From: Dimorphilus gyrociliatus
Taxonomy: Eukaryota > Animalia > Annelida
Assembly: GCA_904063045.1 (NCBI GenBank)
Contig: CAJFCJ010000014.1
Coordinates: forward strand, 1,733,643 to 1,797,642
DNA length: 64,000 bases
Direction: 5' to 3'
Part shown: positions 62,370 to 64,000 of the stretch, piece after piece
How positions within the stretch are numbered: position 1 is the stretch's first letter
Layout: every line of letters starts with the position of its first letter
Notes under the pieces: model-generated
What the model was told of the DNA's origin: nothing
The model's input: only the letters and a program-made list of their open reading frames with translations
The model's database searches: none
Made by a program: the position numbers and the translations under genes

Positions 62370-64000
62370 TGTCGACCGGTCTGGGTTTGTCGACATTGAG
62401 GGAAGAAGAGGATGAGATGGAATGGTCGTCAGGAGAAGAAGAAGTATTTTTAAATATTTTTTAATTTAGTATTTTACTAGGACTAATTAAATATTCTTTC
62501 AAAAGTATGTTGAAAGTGAATACGAAGCTGATGAAGATGAATATGAACAACCAAATGAAGAAGATGATGATAATGACGGTGATTATGAGGAGAAAATGTC
62601 TACATGGCGAAATAAACCTAATCAGTTCGATAATTTATGTGATGGCGTTGTTCAGGCTATAACAATGGTCCATTCAGCCTTAACAGAGGTAGAGTTTATT
62701 AATAAATTTTACAAACATTACCTTAATCTTAAACCACCGCATTTTCAGACCCTTTTAATGAAAGATAAACTATTAGAACATCATTTACCTCCGAATGTTC
62801 TTGTCGAATTATCCTTAACATCTACAAAATTATATAGAAGGTTGGTTCAATCTCTGGGTAGTTTAGATTGTTTGCTGCTATATTTCTAATTTCTTTCAGT
62901 GTTAGTGATATGAACACGCCTGTTTACGAATTAATAAGACTAGTCCGTCTCTACTCTACCCCTTGGGAAGAGAAAAGTGCTGCTTTAAAGAAGTTACATG
63001 AAGATTATGATAGAAAAGCTCGCCAACTAGATGTTGCAGTTAAACGCCTTCAAATGGTTGACGCTCAAGCTCTTAGAATGGCTAGAGAAAGACGCATTCT
63101 TAATTGGGAGAAGCTCTTCTCTAAAATCTCCTGCTCGAAAGGACATGGGAGGAGATGGAAATTTCTTATTGATTCTTTTAAGAAAAGAGTAAAAGAAGGG
63201 TAAATAGTAGTTTTATTAATTTTTTTAAAATATATCAAAATGTGTAATTTACTCTTAAGGCCAGAGTCTTTTCAAGATTATGTAAATACTCTTGACCAAG
63301 ACGATCAAGAAGACTCGGAGGATGAAGAAAATGCCATTTTGGAGGCAGCTGCGGAAAGAATCATTACTCCTAGTGAAGATAAACAAAGTACTGGAAAGGT
63401 AAAAAGCTATTAAAGTAAAAACTATAATTTTTTTAAGTTTAAATTATCTTCACTAGCTGGATAGTGAAACTTTCACAGACAAAAATGATTCAGAGACAGA
63501 AACGGAGAGGGATGGAGAATCGGCAAAAGTGCAATCCGATAAAGTAATTGGCGTTAAATAAATTCATATAATTTAATATACTACTATAACTCATCTGATT
63601 TATTGAAATCGATAGGAAAAGTCACCTGTACCAGAAAAAGTTGTCTATTTTAAGCCTGAAACGAAAGATGCTTGTGTGTATACTAATGAACCGGTCTATG
63701 ATAGAAAACTCCATATCCGTCTCTATAAACCGCAAGATATTACTCAATCACAACTTAAATCGGTTGTTACGTATGGCAGTCAATACTTTAAAACTGGAAT
63801 ATTGGACGTTCCCATTTCACCAGTAAATTCTTTATTGATATTATAGTAACTCTTAATAAAGTGTTTTTTCCTTAATATTTAATCAAAGGAACCGACAGAA
63901 GACGCTGCAGAGCAACAACCTCCACCTCTTCGAAGACCTGGTAGAGGTAGATTAATTGGAAGTAAAAATAGTAAGTTCAGATCCTTCTAATATTGAAATA
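62370..64000 (+). CDS. Unknown multi-exon protein (acidic N-terminus, coiled coil, possible C2-like domain); 3'-partial, start uncertain
   Basis: In-phase GT-AG exons: ..EMEWSSGEEE|YVESEYE..HSALTE|TLLMKD..|VSDMNTPVYELIRLVRLYSTPWEEK..WKFLIDSFKKRVKEG|PESFQD..|..LHIRLYKPQD..VVTYGSQYFKT. Confidence 0.8.

Noticed and set aside
1-64000. CRISPR arrays, rRNA/tRNA/snRNA genes, autonomous transposons, non-canonical (U12 or GC-AG) introns
   Set aside because: None recognised; the introns I checked are GT-AG.

Overview
AT-rich, gene-dense eukaryotic (invertebrate animal) genomic DNA with mostly ~50-70 nt GT-AG introns. A compact-genome lophotrochozoan such as the annelid Dimorphilus is my guess only. 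I assembled 16 protein-coding genes by hand: BBS9 (5'-partial), GPD1, an orphan gene, a DDHD1-like protein, LYST, a secreted Reeler-domain protein, a divergent pantothenate-kinase-like gene, STXBP1/Munc18, KDSR, TRMT10A, SDF2, HECTD1, two tandem ABCA3-like transporters, an intronless ankyrin-repeat gene and a 3'-partial unknown gene. No tRNA, rRNA, CRISPR or prokaryotic features were seen. The best candidate for a new system is in GPD1. Two homologous, phase-matched, mutually exclusive exons encode the segment right after the catalytic Lys; one is canonical and the other rewrites the active-site segment. A 17-bp long-range intronic RNA duplex (docking-site/selector type) would loop out the canonical exon, and there is a possible third decayed or poison cassette with its own selector-like copy. 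Other highlights: probable pseudo-enzymes (DDHD lipase with Ser to Gly; PanK-like lacking substrate residues), ATPase-domain-restricted sequence identity and reciprocal intron differences between the ABCA paralogs, and candidate regulated cassette exons in BBS9 and HECTD1. Exon boundaries are manual; no database searches were run, and comparisons to human proteins are from memory.
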